Shown: positions 28,745-38,519 of the stretch, piece after piece
Numbering within the stretch: position 1 is the stretch's first letter
How the letters are laid out: the number at the start of each line of letters is the position of its first letter
Origin: Candidatus Forterrea multitransposorum CG_2015-17_Forterrea_25_41
Lineage (GTDB): Archaea; Iainarchaeota; Iainarchaeia; Iainarchaeales; CSSED10-239
DNA: 64,000 nucleotides
Reading direction: 5' to 3'
Assembly (NCBI GenBank): GCA_009392915.1
Contig: CP045477.1
Location: 775,633 to 839,632 of the forward strand
Translations under genes and position numbers: made by a program
Notes under the pieces: model-generated
What the model was told of the DNA's origin: nothing
The model's database searches: none
Seen by the model: only the letters and a program-made list of their open reading frames with translations

Positions 28745-30376
28745 ATGAGAACATTAATAAAAAAACCAATAATTATTTTTTGGATTATTTTAATAATCAT
28801 ATCTTTAGTTTTACTTTTAACTAATGGTTTAAAATTTGGAGTTGACTTTAGTGGTGGAACTGCTTTTCAAGTAGTTTTAGAAGAATCAGTATCTTCTGAA
28901 GAACTAGCACAAGCTGCATCTATTTTAGGTAGAAGACTTGATTGGTCTGGTTCAAAAGATGCAAGAGTAACTCCTTCTGGAAGTCAATATATAACTATAC
29001 AGATTGCTGAATCTGATCCTGATGAAATTGCAAGTTTAAGAAGCGCAATTTTAAAACAAGGAAATTTTGAAGCAGTTTTAAATGGGGATGTTTTATTTTC
29101 AGGTGAAGATATAAAATCAATCTATAAAGATCCTTCTAGAGGTTATGGAATTTCAGAAGTTTCAAAAGGTGTTGACTATCAATGGTCTCTTCCGTTTTTA
29201 TTATCTCCTGATTCTGCAAAAAGATTTGCAGAAATGACTTTCCATAAATGTACTCCTACTGGAATTTCTTCTGGTTCTTTAGATGAAAGATATGAATGTG
29301 ATAAAACATATTTCTTTGTTGACAGACCAGTAGATAGTATAATATTAATAGATAACTTAACTTTTACAGAAGAAAAAGAAGTTCCTGTAATACCTGGACT
29401 TTATTCTTCTTTCTTTCCAATTGAAGATCTTTTAGATCAAGTAACTTCTCCGTATTATGTTATTGATGGAAATTTATCTGCAGAAGATGTTTCAAGTTTA
29501 ACAAAAGACTTAGAAAATTATTCTAAAGTAATTGTTTCTCCAGGAATAACTAATAACGATGTAAATTCTTTAAAAGAACTTGGTTTTAAAGTAATCTCTA
29601 TTGAAAAACAAGAAAACCTTCCATGGATTTGGAGTGTTACAGGTTTAAAATCTGTAATTTCTATAACTCCTGGAATTGCAAACATGGATGTTTCAAGTAT
29701 GGAATCTTCAAGATTTCAAACTTTTTCTCAACTTAATATTACAGGACATGCAGAATCATTAGAAGCTTCTCAAGCAAGACTTGATGATTTATTATTAATT
29801 TTAGAATCAGGTTCTCTTCCTATTGCAATTGACAGTATAAGTACAGAATCAATATCTCCATTTTTAGGAAAGCAATTTTTAAATACATCTTTGCTTATTG
29901 GTTTGTTTGCTATTCTTACTGTTGCAGTTGTTTTATTTATAAGATATAAAAGATTTAGTTTAGCTGCACCAATTATCTTAACAGCCTCAAGTGAAATTTT
30001 AATTCTTTTAGGAATACTTTCTCTTATGAGTTTTAGACTTGACTTAGCTGCTGTTGCTGGTATTTTAGCAACTATTGGAACTGGTGTTGATGATAATATT
30101 ATTATCATTGATGAACTTTTAAGAGGCAAGAAAAAAGATGAGCATGAACATCATGAAAGTCTTTTAAAGAAAATTAAGAAAGCTTTCTTTATTATGTTTG
30201 CTGCTGCTGCAACTGCTGCTGCAACAATGTTCCCAATCATTTTCTTTAGTTTAGGTCTTGGAAAATTAGTTGGTTTTGCTGTAACTATTTTAATTGGTAC
30301 TGCAATAGGTGTATTTTTAGTAAGACCAGTTTATGCACAGATTGCAAGAAAAATAGTTGCTGAAGAAGGAAAATAA
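28745..30376 (+). CDS. secD: Protein-export membrane protein SecD
   Basis: TM1, then GVDFSGGTAFQV, a large periplasmic P1 domain and a C-terminal 5-TM bundle with GVDDNIIIIDEL. Gene order secF-secD. Confidence 0.75.
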   Translation: MRTLIKKPIIIFWIILIIISLVLLLTNGLKFGVDFSGGTAFQVVLEESVSSEELAQAASILGRRLDWSGSKDARVTPSGSQYITIQIAESDPDEIASLRSAILKQGNFEAVLNGDVLFSGEDIKSIYKDPSRGYGISEVSKGVDYQWSLPFLLSPDSAKRFAEMTFHKCTPTGISSGSLDERYECDKTYFFVDRPVDSIILIDNLTFTEEKEVPVIPGLYSSFFPIEDLLDQVTSPYYVIDGNLSAEDVSSLTKDLENYSKVIVSPGITNNDVNSLKELGFKVISIEKQENLPWIWSVTGLKSVISITPGIANMDVSSMESSRFQTFSQLNITGHAESLEASQARLDDLLLILESGSLPIAIDSISTESISPFLGKQFLNTSLLIGLFAILTVAVVLFIRYKRFSLAAPIILTASSEILILLGILSLMSFRLDLAAVAGILATIGTGVDDNIIIIDELLRGKKKDEHEHHESLLKKIKKAFFIMFAAAATAAATMFPIIFFSLGLGKLVGFAVTILIGTAIGVFLVRPVYAQIARKIVAEEGK

Positions 30377-30390
30377 TTTTTCCTTTTTTC

Positions 30391-30822
30391 TTATTTTTTA
30401 AGTGTTTTAAGTATTAGATAAAGTATAACTAACCCCATTGCAAACCAAAAGAGTATGTGTGCTATTTTTGAAACACTTAAGCTTATCTTTTCTGCAAGTA
30501 AAACTAAAACTATTCTTAAAAAGTTAGCTATCCATAGCAAAAGAACACTCAAAAGTATCCACTTAATTTTACTATTTTTATTTAATGTTATTTTTGATGA
30601 GATTATTATTCCTAGATAAACAGAAATGCTAATTACTCCGCTGCATATTGGTACAAAAATAAAAGGTTCATAATTTAAGAAGTCTCCAAAAATACTTCTT
30701 ATTAAATATTCCCATAGATTAATCAATGGAGTTGCAATTGTTTTAAGAAATATAAAACTTAATAAAGTGTATATTATTGTAAAATAAATAATGAAATTAA
30801 TTGTTTTTTTATCTAGGTGCAT
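30391..30822 (-). CDS. Mini exosortase/archaeosortase-family membrane protein (143 aa)
   Basis: Four TM helices. Candidate active-site Cys in FIFVPICSGV and Arg in WIANFLRIVLVLL about 42 residues apart, matching the Cys...aNxlRv spacing of the exosortase/archaeosortase core. Confidence 0.4.
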   Translation of the reverse strand: MHLDKKTINFIIYFTIIYTLLSFIFLKTIATPLINLWEYLIRSIFGDFLNYEPFIFVPICSGVISISVYLGIIISSKITLNKNSKIKWILLSVLLLWIANFLRIVLVLLAEKISLSVSKIAHILFWFAMGLVILYLILKTLKK

Positions 30823-30884
30823 ATAGTTAATTTACTATCAAAGAGATTATAAATATTTATCTTTATAAAATATTATAATTGAAA

Positions 30885-31574
30885 TTAAACAATTAGAATA
30901 TATATTAAAATAGATAAAGCACCAGCTATAAAAGTTGCAAGAAAATTAGTTTGATTATTATTAAAGATTCCTCTTCTCTCAATTGTTGCACCTATATAAC
31001 TATCAACAATAGATCCTAATATTCCACCAATAAATAAAACTATTAAAAATGTAAAAGTATAACCTACAATATAAAAATAAACTACAGAAATAAAAGATGC
31101 AATCATTGCACCTGTGATCCCAAGAAAAGTAATTCCACCATCTTCTCCTTTTTTAACTTTTTTAAAATTAGTAATAAGTCTTGGAGTTATGTTTGAAAGT
31201 TTTCCAATCTCTGAAGAAAAAGTGTCTGAAAAAGCAGCATTTATTGAAACTATACTTGCAAGAATAAATAATGAATAATCTAAAAAGTTTAATTTATCAA
31301 AAATAAAACCAATTATTACAAATATTACTGCTGCTGAACAATTTCCAATAATGTTTAAGTAATTTCTTTTTTCATGTTTTTTATTAAGTATTAAAGTTAT
31401 ACCTTCTGCTATTGCGAAAAATACAATTACATATGCAACTGCATAGATATTAATAAAGTAAAGAATTATACTTAAGAGTGCATAAATTAAAGAAATAGTA
31501 AAAAGATCGTATCCTCTTAATAGATGTAAGAAGATACCAATCAAAATAAATACTAGAAAATATAAAAAAAGCAT
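30885..31574 (-). CDS. DUF92/TMEM19-like polytopic membrane protein (CTP-transferase-like superfamily)
   Basis: About 7 TM helices. Motifs FSDTFSSEIG and GGITFLGITGAMIASF resemble the DUF92 family. Confidence 0.35.
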   Translation of the reverse strand: MLFLYFLVFILIGIFLHLLRGYDLFTISLIYALLSIILYFINIYAVAYVIVFFAIAEGITLILNKKHEKRNYLNIIGNCSAAVIFVIIGFIFDKLNFLDYSLFILASIVSINAAFSDTFSSEIGKLSNITPRLITNFKKVKKGEDGGITFLGITGAMIASFISVVYFYIVGYTFTFLIVLFIGGILGSIVDSYIGATIERRGIFNNNQTNFLATFIAGALSILIYILIV

Positions 31575-31583
31575 AGTAGTTCA

Positions 31584-32156
31584 TTAAATTATTTTTGCCT
31601 TAAGAACTAAAACTTTATTTATATAACCTAATTTTACTAATTTTTTCTTAAGTTTTTCAGAAAATTTTTGATAAACTATGTTTGTCCAAACTTCTCTAGA
31701 TGTTTTTTCTTTAATATCTTCTGTTAAAGAATCTACAATTAGGTTTCTTGTTTCAGTTCTAGTTGCAGTTGTAAATTTAGTTCCTGAAAGACACATTACT
31801 TTTAATTTTATTTTTTGATTATCTTTAGTTTCTACAAAAAATATAATTTCAATTTTTGATTTTCCACGTCTTATCATTCTTTTTAAATTTGCAACTTTAG
31901 TGTTTAGTTCTTCAAGCTTTGTTTCAGCGTTTGTACCTGTAACTTTATTAATTTTAAATGTTACAGTGTAACCTGAATCTTTAATATTTGAGGTTAAATC
32001 ATTTAATGATTTTTTAATAGTTCTACCAATTAATTTAGAACTATCTAAAGCAACTGTTTTTGCAATTTCTTTTGAATCAAATACAGGATCTGCTGTTACA
32101 TTGTACCATTTTTTCTTTTTCCAATTATCTACTGTTTTCTTTTTTACTTTAGCCAT
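31584..32156 (-). CDS. rps3ae: 30S ribosomal protein S3Ae (eS1)
   Basis: MAKVKKKTVDNWKKKKWYNVTAD...FKINKVTG is the typical eS1 N-terminus. Length 190 aa. Confidence 0.8.
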   Translation of the reverse strand: MAKVKKKTVDNWKKKKWYNVTADPVFDSKEIAKTVALDSSKLIGRTIKKSLNDLTSNIKDSGYTVTFKINKVTGTNAETKLEELNTKVANLKRMIRRGKSKIEIIFFVETKDNQKIKLKVMCLSGTKFTTATRTETRNLIVDSLTEDIKEKTSREVWTNIVYQKFSEKLKKKLVKLGYINKVLVLKAKII

Positions 32157-32187
32157 GTTAATTACACCATTTTATAATCGTTAAAAA

Positions 32188-32586
32188 TTACCTTACAAGT
32201 AATTTTGCTTTTTGATCAGAATATCTCCAATCTTTTGGTAAAATTCCTTCTTTAATATAATATTTTTTTAATCTGTTAATTTTAGAAACAGTTAATTGAT
32301 ACCCGTGTTTTCCTCTGGTATCTTTTTTATTTTTTTCATTATGTTTTAATAATGTAACAGCTCTTTTAATTAATGCCATTAAATCATCAGGTATTTCTTT
32401 ATTAAGGTTTAATTCTTTTTGAATTTTTCCAATTCTTTTACCTGTTTCTTTTTTTGTTTTTAAAACATTTTCTTTTTTAAGTTCAAGTCCAATCTTTGCA
32501 TTAGACTCTCCTTTTTTTGTTAATTCTTCTATTTTTTTATAGATTTGATCTTTATCCATTTTTTTAATTTCTTTTTTTTCAACCAT
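32188..32586 (-). CDS. rps15: 30S ribosomal protein S15 (uS15/S13e)
   Basis: IPDDLMALIKRAVTLLKHNEKNKKDTRGKHGYQLTVSKINRLKKYY...WRYSDQKAKLLV matches the archaeal S15 C-terminal domain. Confidence 0.8.
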   Translation of the reverse strand: MVEKKEIKKMDKDQIYKKIEELTKKGESNAKIGLELKKENVLKTKKETGKRIGKIQKELNLNKEIPDDLMALIKRAVTLLKHNEKNKKDTRGKHGYQLTVSKINRLKKYYIKEGILPKDWRYSDQKAKLLVR

Positions 32587-32707
32587 ACTTAATCATGTTT
32601 TTTTAATTTATAATTTTCTTTATGTTGTTATAAAAATTGTGGCGATATTTTTATAAAAAGTATTAATATATATATTATTATTGCGATGTATTTATATATA
32701 TTATTGT

Positions 32708-33277
32708 TTAAAGATATCTTCCTCTTTTTTCAATATTTTCTATATGTTTTATAATATTTTTGTTATTAGTTCCTTTTAGATATCCTTCTTTAATACCAAC
32801 CCATAGTTTTTCTGTTCTTTTAAGGGCTAAAAGGGTTTTTTTAAAAACTAAAAGATCAGTTGCCTTATCTTCTATCTTTAAAGAAACATATCCAAGTCCA
32901 AAATCAATAAAATATACTTTATTGTTATTAGTTAGTATATTTATTAAGTTTAAATCACCATGGATAATGTTATTATTATGTAATTTTGCAATTTCAATTC
33001 CAATTTCTTCAAGTTTATCTTTATGTTTTTTACTGTTTTTAATATATTCCATAATTATTTTATTATTTGATACAGAATATATGTAAGGGCTAAAAAGTCC
33101 TATTTCTTTTATTTTTTTAAGCAAAAAAGCTTCTTCTTTATTTCTAGTTTTTAAAATTTTAGTATCTAAAACAGGATGTCTGTATTTTTTAGAATTTCTC
33201 TCTTTAATACAAACTTCTTTATTAAATAGTTTTGTTTTGTAAATAGTTGCTTCTGCACCTTTTGCAATAATTTCCAT
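32708..33277 (-). CDS. bud32: KEOPS complex kinase Bud32 (PRPK)
   Basis: IAKGAEATIY...K.R..K.YRHP.LD..L...R...EA, catalytic IIHGDLNLINIL, DFGLG. Size 189 aa. Confidence 0.8.
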   Translation of the reverse strand: MEIIAKGAEATIYKTKLFNKEVCIKERNSKKYRHPVLDTKILKTRNKEEAFLLKKIKEIGLFSPYIYSVSNNKIIMEYIKNSKKHKDKLEEIGIEIAKLHNNNIIHGDLNLINILTNNNKVYFIDFGLGYVSLKIEDKATDLLVFKKTLLALKRTEKLWVGIKEGYLKGTNNKNIIKHIENIEKRGRYL

Positions 33278-33289
33278 TAAATTTCACTT

Positions 33290-33787
33290 TTAACAAACTT
33301 TAACATCTTGAAGTTCAAACTTATAAGTAGTATATTTATTTTTAAGAACGCTTAAGTTTTCTAAATATTTATCAATGTTTAATTTTTTATATTCTTTTGT
33401 ATTTATTTTTTCAAAATCATTTTCTAATTTATCTATTTTTAGTAAAATTCCATTTATTTTAAGACTTAAATCTCTTGATATGCATTCTTCTCTTACAACT
33501 GAAGCTCTATATATTTGTCTTTCTATTTCAGAGACTTGTTTTGAAACTTCTATAAATTCAATTAATGGTGTTGTAATTTCTTTTTGAGAAATAAAAGAAA
33601 TTTCTGAAATATACCCTGTTGAATCTTCTGGAACTAATATGTTATTTGTAACATTATATTTTTGATTTATTTTTTCTATTTTTAAAACATTATTTTGATT
33701 ATATTGATTTAAGAATAAGAATACAAAAAACACAATTATAATGATAATTATTAAATCTCCAAGAAAACTAATTTTTCGTCTTTCCAT
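33290..33787 (-). CDS. N-terminally anchored hypothetical protein
   Basis: TM LGDLIIIIIIVFFVFLFL followed by a soluble domain. Confidence 0.25.
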   Translation of the reverse strand: MERRKISFLGDLIIIIIIVFFVFLFLNQYNQNNVLKIEKINQKYNVTNNILVPEDSTGYISEISFISQKEITTPLIEFIEVSKQVSEIERQIYRASVVREECISRDLSLKINGILLKIDKLENDFEKINTKEYKKLNIDKYLENLSVLKNKYTTYKFELQDVKVC

Positions 33788-33875
33788 TTTTTCTCATTTT
33801 TTAGACATTATATATGTATATAATATATACAATATAACCTTTATATATATTTTTAATAAGCTTATATTTAATATT

Positions 33876-34508
33876 TTATGAATATTTTTTTAAAATTTCA
33901 ATAATTTTATCATACATTTCTTTTTTAAACTGACTTTCTTTAAGTTGTTTTCTTAATTGATCAATTTTCATTTCAGAAGTTTTAATTTTAAATTCTTTTT
34001 TCTTTTCACTATATCCACCAATACTGTTGTTTTTATAGACAATTGAAGTATTAATAGTTTCTTTAAGTTTTTTTCTATAATCTGGATTTACAAGGAAAGT
34101 TTCAAATAAATTACTATATTCAGGATCAAGTAATACTTTATCTGTAAGTCTTGAATCAAGAACATCTTGTTTATATTCTTTATTTGTAATTTCTTTAATT
34201 TTATGTCTCCAATAGTTTTTTTTAAGAAACATAGTAATTGGAGCTAGTTTTTTATTCCTTTCAACTTTATTTTTATTATTTTTCCAATAATTAAGTTCTT
34301 TTTCTAATTTTGAAAGGTTTTTTTCAATTTCAATTTGTTTTTTTCTAGTTTCACTAACCCCTGGATAAATTATTTTTTTATTAGCTATATGTATTATTTT
34401 CTTTTTCAAAAAATATCTTAATAATTTAATTTCTTTTTCAGTAAGATTTAAGTCTAATGTTTCACTAAGCTCTTCAATTGTAGTGATTCTTTTTGTATTT
34501 AGTTTCAT
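33876..34508 (-). CDS. Lys-rich hypothetical protein (210 aa)
   Basis: ORF only; basic, no TM. Confidence 0.25.
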   Translation of the reverse strand: MKLNTKRITTIEELSETLDLNLTEKEIKLLRYFLKKKIIHIANKKIIYPGVSETRKKQIEIEKNLSKLEKELNYWKNNKNKVERNKKLAPITMFLKKNYWRHKIKEITNKEYKQDVLDSRLTDKVLLDPEYSNLFETFLVNPDYRKKLKETINTSIVYKNNSIGGYSEKKKEFKIKTSEMKIDQLRKQLKESQFKKEMYDKIIEILKKYS

Positions 34509-34661
34509 AAGTTATCAATTTTTTAATATTTAATATATATAATGGTTATATTTGTTTTAAGAACTTTTGTTTTTTACTCTACTAAATAAAATAAATACCT
34601 TTATTAATTTTTAGAACAATATATTATATTATAACAAAATTAATTAAAGAGGTTTTAATAA

Positions 34662-35003
34662 ATGATTCCTGGAATGAATGGTATGGACCCAAGAAAAATG
34701 AATGCTTTAATGAAGCAAATGGGTATTGAAAATAATGATATTGATGCTGCAAAAGTAATAATTGAACTTAAAGATGGTTCTGTTATTGAAGTAATTGATC
34801 CTTCAGTTACAGAAATTGTAATGCAAGGAAACAGAAGTTTTCAAGTAGCTGGAACTGTAACTACTAAAGAAGTTTTAACAATCCCTCAAGAAGACATAGA
34901 CATGGTGTCAGAATCTGCTAATGTTTCTAAAGAAAAAGCAAAAGAAACTTTAGAAGAAACAAAAGGAGATATTGCAGAAGCAATATCTAAATTGTCAGAA
35001 TAA
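34662..35003 (+). CDS. nac: Nascent polypeptide-associated complex protein (NAC-alpha)
   Basis: NAC domain (PRKMNALMKQMGIE...VIEV...EIVMQGNRSFQVAG) plus a C-terminal UBA-like region (KEKAKETLEETKGDIAEAI). Confidence 0.85.
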   Translation: MIPGMNGMDPRKMNALMKQMGIENNDIDAAKVIIELKDGSVIEVIDPSVTEIVMQGNRSFQVAGTVTTKEVLTIPQEDIDMVSESANVSKEKAKETLEETKGDIAEAISKLSE

Positions 35004-35015
35004 TTTTTAAAAAAA

Positions 35016-36284
35016 TTATTCTTCTATTTTTTTATCTAACATCAAAAACATAATGTCTTTTCTAGTAACATATGCTTGGACATTAAAATTAATTATTTCT
35101 TTATTTATATCTTCTGGATATTCAAGCCATACAGGGTATGTTTTTTCAGAATAAGTATATTCTTCTTCTTGTAAAGTTATTTTTTCAACATCCAAGATAG
35201 CTTCTTTTTCAATTTCTTCAAGTTCTAAATCTAATGGTGTTATTTTTTCAATAATATTTTCAATTTCTACAGAACTTTCAAGAAGATATTTTTTTTCAAA
35301 ATCTTTTACTTTATTTTCTTCTAAAAATCCATTTTCAATTAATTTTTCTTTTATTTCTGTATAGTTACTAAGGTTATAGTCAGCTATAAAACTAATTTTT
35401 ATTTCTTCTATGTTTTTATCAATACTTTCAATTTCACTAATGTTTAAATCTTCTTTAGAAACATTAATGTCAAGTCCTTGATACACTAAACTATAATCTG
35501 GAACAATTGTAACTTTTTCAATTTCGTTAATTTTTTCTTTAATTGAGTTTTCATCATTATCATTAAGATAATTTGTTTTTGTAGAATATCTATATTTTTC
35601 ATTCCATTCTAAAATATTAATTTCTTGTTCATCAAAAACAAGAGAAGGTGAGCTTGTAAGGTTAGTTGTTTCATAAAGTATAACATACTCTAAAACTTCT
35701 CCTTTAAAACTTGCTTGTAATTGTCCTTGGATATTATCTTTTTTAAGAGTATTAACATTTACAACTGCATCAACTATATAATCTACAAAATCATAATCCA
35801 TTGTTTTGTTTTCATCACTTGTTGCTCTAAAATTAACACTATTGTTAATTTCAACTCTTGCTTGTTTATATATTTCAATAGGCTCTGAAGTTAAATATTC
35901 TAAATTATTTATTTCTGTAATTATTTCTTCTTGAAGTAAAGGGTCAATTACAATTTTTGCAATCAATATTATTTTTTCTTCAGAATCTTTATTAAATTGT
36001 ATACTTGATCTTTTAACTCCTTCAATTGCAATTAAATCATTTTCTATTTTTGTTTGTTCAAAAACATCTGTATTACTTGCAATTATTAATTCTGAAAACA
36101 TTTCTGAAACTATTGCTTCAGTTTCCCCAACATACATTTCTGAAGGTATGTTTAAATCTTCTTCAAAATCTTGATATGTTGTATCTACATCTGGTCTTGC
36201 CCCAATTGACATACCTACAATAGATCCTAAAATTAATACTACTAATAAAATTGAAAGTCCTGCTTGTTTATTCATATTTTTCAC
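35016..36284 (-). CDS. Secreted acidic hypothetical protein (signal peptide)
   Basis: N-terminus MKNMNKQAGLSILLVVLILGSIVGMSIGA. Highly acidic body (E/D/I-rich). Confidence 0.35.
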   Translation of the reverse strand: MKNMNKQAGLSILLVVLILGSIVGMSIGARPDVDTTYQDFEEDLNIPSEMYVGETEAIVSEMFSELIIASNTDVFEQTKIENDLIAIEGVKRSSIQFNKDSEEKIILIAKIVIDPLLQEEIITEINNLEYLTSEPIEIYKQARVEINNSVNFRATSDENKTMDYDFVDYIVDAVVNVNTLKKDNIQGQLQASFKGEVLEYVILYETTNLTSSPSLVFDEQEINILEWNEKYRYSTKTNYLNDNDENSIKEKINEIEKVTIVPDYSLVYQGLDINVSKEDLNISEIESIDKNIEEIKISFIADYNLSNYTEIKEKLIENGFLEENKVKDFEKKYLLESSVEIENIIEKITPLDLELEEIEKEAILDVEKITLQEEEYTYSEKTYPVWLEYPEDINKEIINFNVQAYVTRKDIMFLMLDKKIEE

Positions 36285-36377
36285 ATTTTTATAATAAAAT
36301 AAGTTATAATATATATTTATTACTTAAAAGAATTTATAAGGTTTTCTTTTTATTTTTATCTAAGCATTATATACTTT

Positions 36378-37307
36378 ATGATCAATTTTAAAATAAAAAA
36401 TATACCTATAAGAAAAAAAGGAGTTTTAGCTCCTATGCAAGAGTATACTCATCTTCCATTTAGACTTCTTTGCAAAGATTATGATGTAGGTTTATGTTAT
36501 ACAGAGATGGTGAATATAAATCACATTATTCAATATAAAGAAGATTTATCTAAATTAGATCTTTTAGCATCTACTGAAAAAGAATCTCCTGTATCTTTAC
36601 AGTTGTTTGGAGATTTAAGTTTAAAAAAAACAATTACTGCTGCTCATTTAATTGATAATTATAAATATTTTGATATTATTGATTTTAATTTAGGTTGTCC
36701 TTCTTTAAAAATAATTAATAGTAAGTCAGGTTCTTATAATTTAAAGCAATTAGATAAAGTTTATCCAATAATTAAAGAAATTGTTTCTACTTCTAAAAAA
36801 CCAATTACTGTAAAGGTAAGACTTGGTTTTAAAGAAGATATTTTAGAGGATATGATTAATAATTTTGAAAAGATTGGTGTTTCTGCAATTGCTGTTCATG
36901 GTAGACTTGCAAAAGAAAATTATAGTGTTCCATCAAAAATTTCAAGAGTTGAGGAAATTAAAAAAATTACTTCACTTCCAATAATTTATAATGGAGATGT
37001 TAATGAAACAAATCTTGGACATGTGAATAAGTTTTCTGGAATTATGGTTGGCAGAGAAGCTTTAGGCAATCCTTTTATCTTTAAGCAAATAGATTATTTT
37101 TCAAAAAATAATGTTCTTTTAGAAAAAGATTATTCTGATGAAGCTTTATTATCTTTTTTAGAATATGTTAAAGAATATCCAATTTCTTTTTCTAAACTAA
37201 AAGTATCTTTAATTCCTTTTTTTAAAGGTAAACAAGGTTCTGCAAGAATAAGAGAATTATTATCCAAATCTAAAAATCTTAAAGAAATATTAAATATATT
37301 AAAATAG
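36378..37307 (+). CDS. dus: tRNA-dihydrouridine synthase
   Basis: LAPMQEYTHLPFRLLCKDYDVGLCYTEMV, FDIIDFNLGCPSLKI, GVSAIAVHGR are Dus-family TIM-barrel motifs. Confidence 0.8.
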   Translation: MINFKIKNIPIRKKGVLAPMQEYTHLPFRLLCKDYDVGLCYTEMVNINHIIQYKEDLSKLDLLASTEKESPVSLQLFGDLSLKKTITAAHLIDNYKYFDIIDFNLGCPSLKIINSKSGSYNLKQLDKVYPIIKEIVSTSKKPITVKVRLGFKEDILEDMINNFEKIGVSAIAVHGRLAKENYSVPSKISRVEEIKKITSLPIIYNGDVNETNLGHVNKFSGIMVGREALGNPFIFKQIDYFSKNNVLLEKDYSDEALLSFLEYVKEYPISFSKLKVSLIPFFKGKQGSARIRELLSKSKNLKEILNILK

Positions 37308-38013
37308 CTATAAGTATTATCCATAAAATTATTTTGTAATTTTTAATAATTTCTTTAAAAATAAAAAGTATTCCGTCAATAATTCCCATAAAAAAATCTT
37401 TTAAATAACTACCTAATTTTTTATCTTCTTTAACTTCTGAAAAAACTTCTTTAATAAGTTCTATTTTAGTTTTTTCTTTTTTTGGAATTATTTCAAAATT
37501 ATTAACGTCTCCAGTAATTGCATCTATCTTAAGTTTAAACTTATCTAGTTTAACTTTCCAATTAGGAACATATATTTGTTCAATACCGCTTAAGGAGATT
37601 TGATCTTTTAAAACATTGTGCTTATAAACCAAATATTTCATAATTGTTTCTTCAGCTTCTTCTTTTGTAACAATTTTTTTTTTAAGATTAATCTGAATTT
37701 GCTCTGTTTTAGGAGCTTCTAAATTTTCTTTAATGATTGGTTTTGATATTTTAAAAATATCAATAACTTTTTCATTAATTTGATTATTTATAGAATTAAG
37801 TGCAATTTGGTTTGAGATTCTATTAAACTTCTCATTTTTATTAATTAAAATATCGTAGAAACAGACCCAATAAGGTGTAATAGTAAGATAAAGATTTTCT
37901 TTCTTTATCTCATATTTATGACCTTTTTTTTTAAGAGCCGCTTGAAATATATCTAATGCTTGTCTTGGCTCTAATTTTATTGGAAACCTTTTTTCAGTAA
38001 CTGTTATTGGCAT
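37279..38013 (-). CDS. C-terminally tail-anchored protein, co-transcribed immediately upstream of sepF
   Basis: Soluble 220 aa followed by a single C-terminal TM (IILWIILIAILIYLIFL). Stop is adjacent to the sepF start (38013/38014). Confidence 0.3.
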   Translation of the reverse strand: MPITVTEKRFPIKLEPRQALDIFQAALKKKGHKYEIKKENLYLTITPYWVCFYDILINKNEKFNRISNQIALNSINNQINEKVIDIFKISKPIIKENLEAPKTEQIQINLKKKIVTKEEAEETIMKYLVYKHNVLKDQISLSGIEQIYVPNWKVKLDKFKLKIDAITGDVNNFEIIPKKEKTKIELIKEVFSEVKEDKKLGSYLKDFFMGIIDGILFIFKEIIKNYKIILWIILIAILIYLIFL

Positions 38014-38364
38014 TTATTTCATTTTTTTAATAATTTTTACTTTTTCTGGTACCAATAATAATTTTGTTTTAGAAATCATTGCAAGATCTCCACCTTTGTC
38101 AGTAACATACATTTTTAATTGTCCAACAAATTGTTTTGCTCTTTGTGGATTTCTTTTAGAAATTCCTTCTATGTCTAAAATAACAAAGTTTCTTTCTTTT
38201 AATTCTTTTATTACAATTTCAACTTCATTATTTGATTGTAAACTAATTGGTTTTACATAGAAATCTACATCTTCTGGTACATCTTCTACATCCATGTTGT
38301 TTAAGAAATCGTCAATATCTATTTCTTCTTTTTTACCTGTAAACATTTTATCTAAAAAGGCCAT
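38014..38364 (-). CDS. sepF: Cell division protein SepF-like (FtsZ membrane anchor)
   Basis: SepF core pattern: EVEIVIKELKERNFVILDIEGISKRNPQRAKQFVGQLKMYVTDKGGDLAMISKTKLLLVP, plus an N-terminal amphipathic segment. Confidence 0.6.
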   Translation of the reverse strand: MAFLDKMFTGKKEEIDIDDFLNNMDVEDVPEDVDFYVKPISLQSNNEVEIVIKELKERNFVILDIEGISKRNPQRAKQFVGQLKMYVTDKGGDLAMISKTKLLLVPEKVKIIKKMK

Positions 38365-38519
38365 TTTTTCCCCACCTCGAAATTATATAAATGCAATTTA
38401 TATTATAATTATAAACCAAAATATTTAAATACAAAATGTATTTTTTGTGCTTTTTTACTATCTTTTTATAAATATTACAAGTTATTATTAGTTTATTAAT
38501 CAATTTTATAAAAAAAGAG

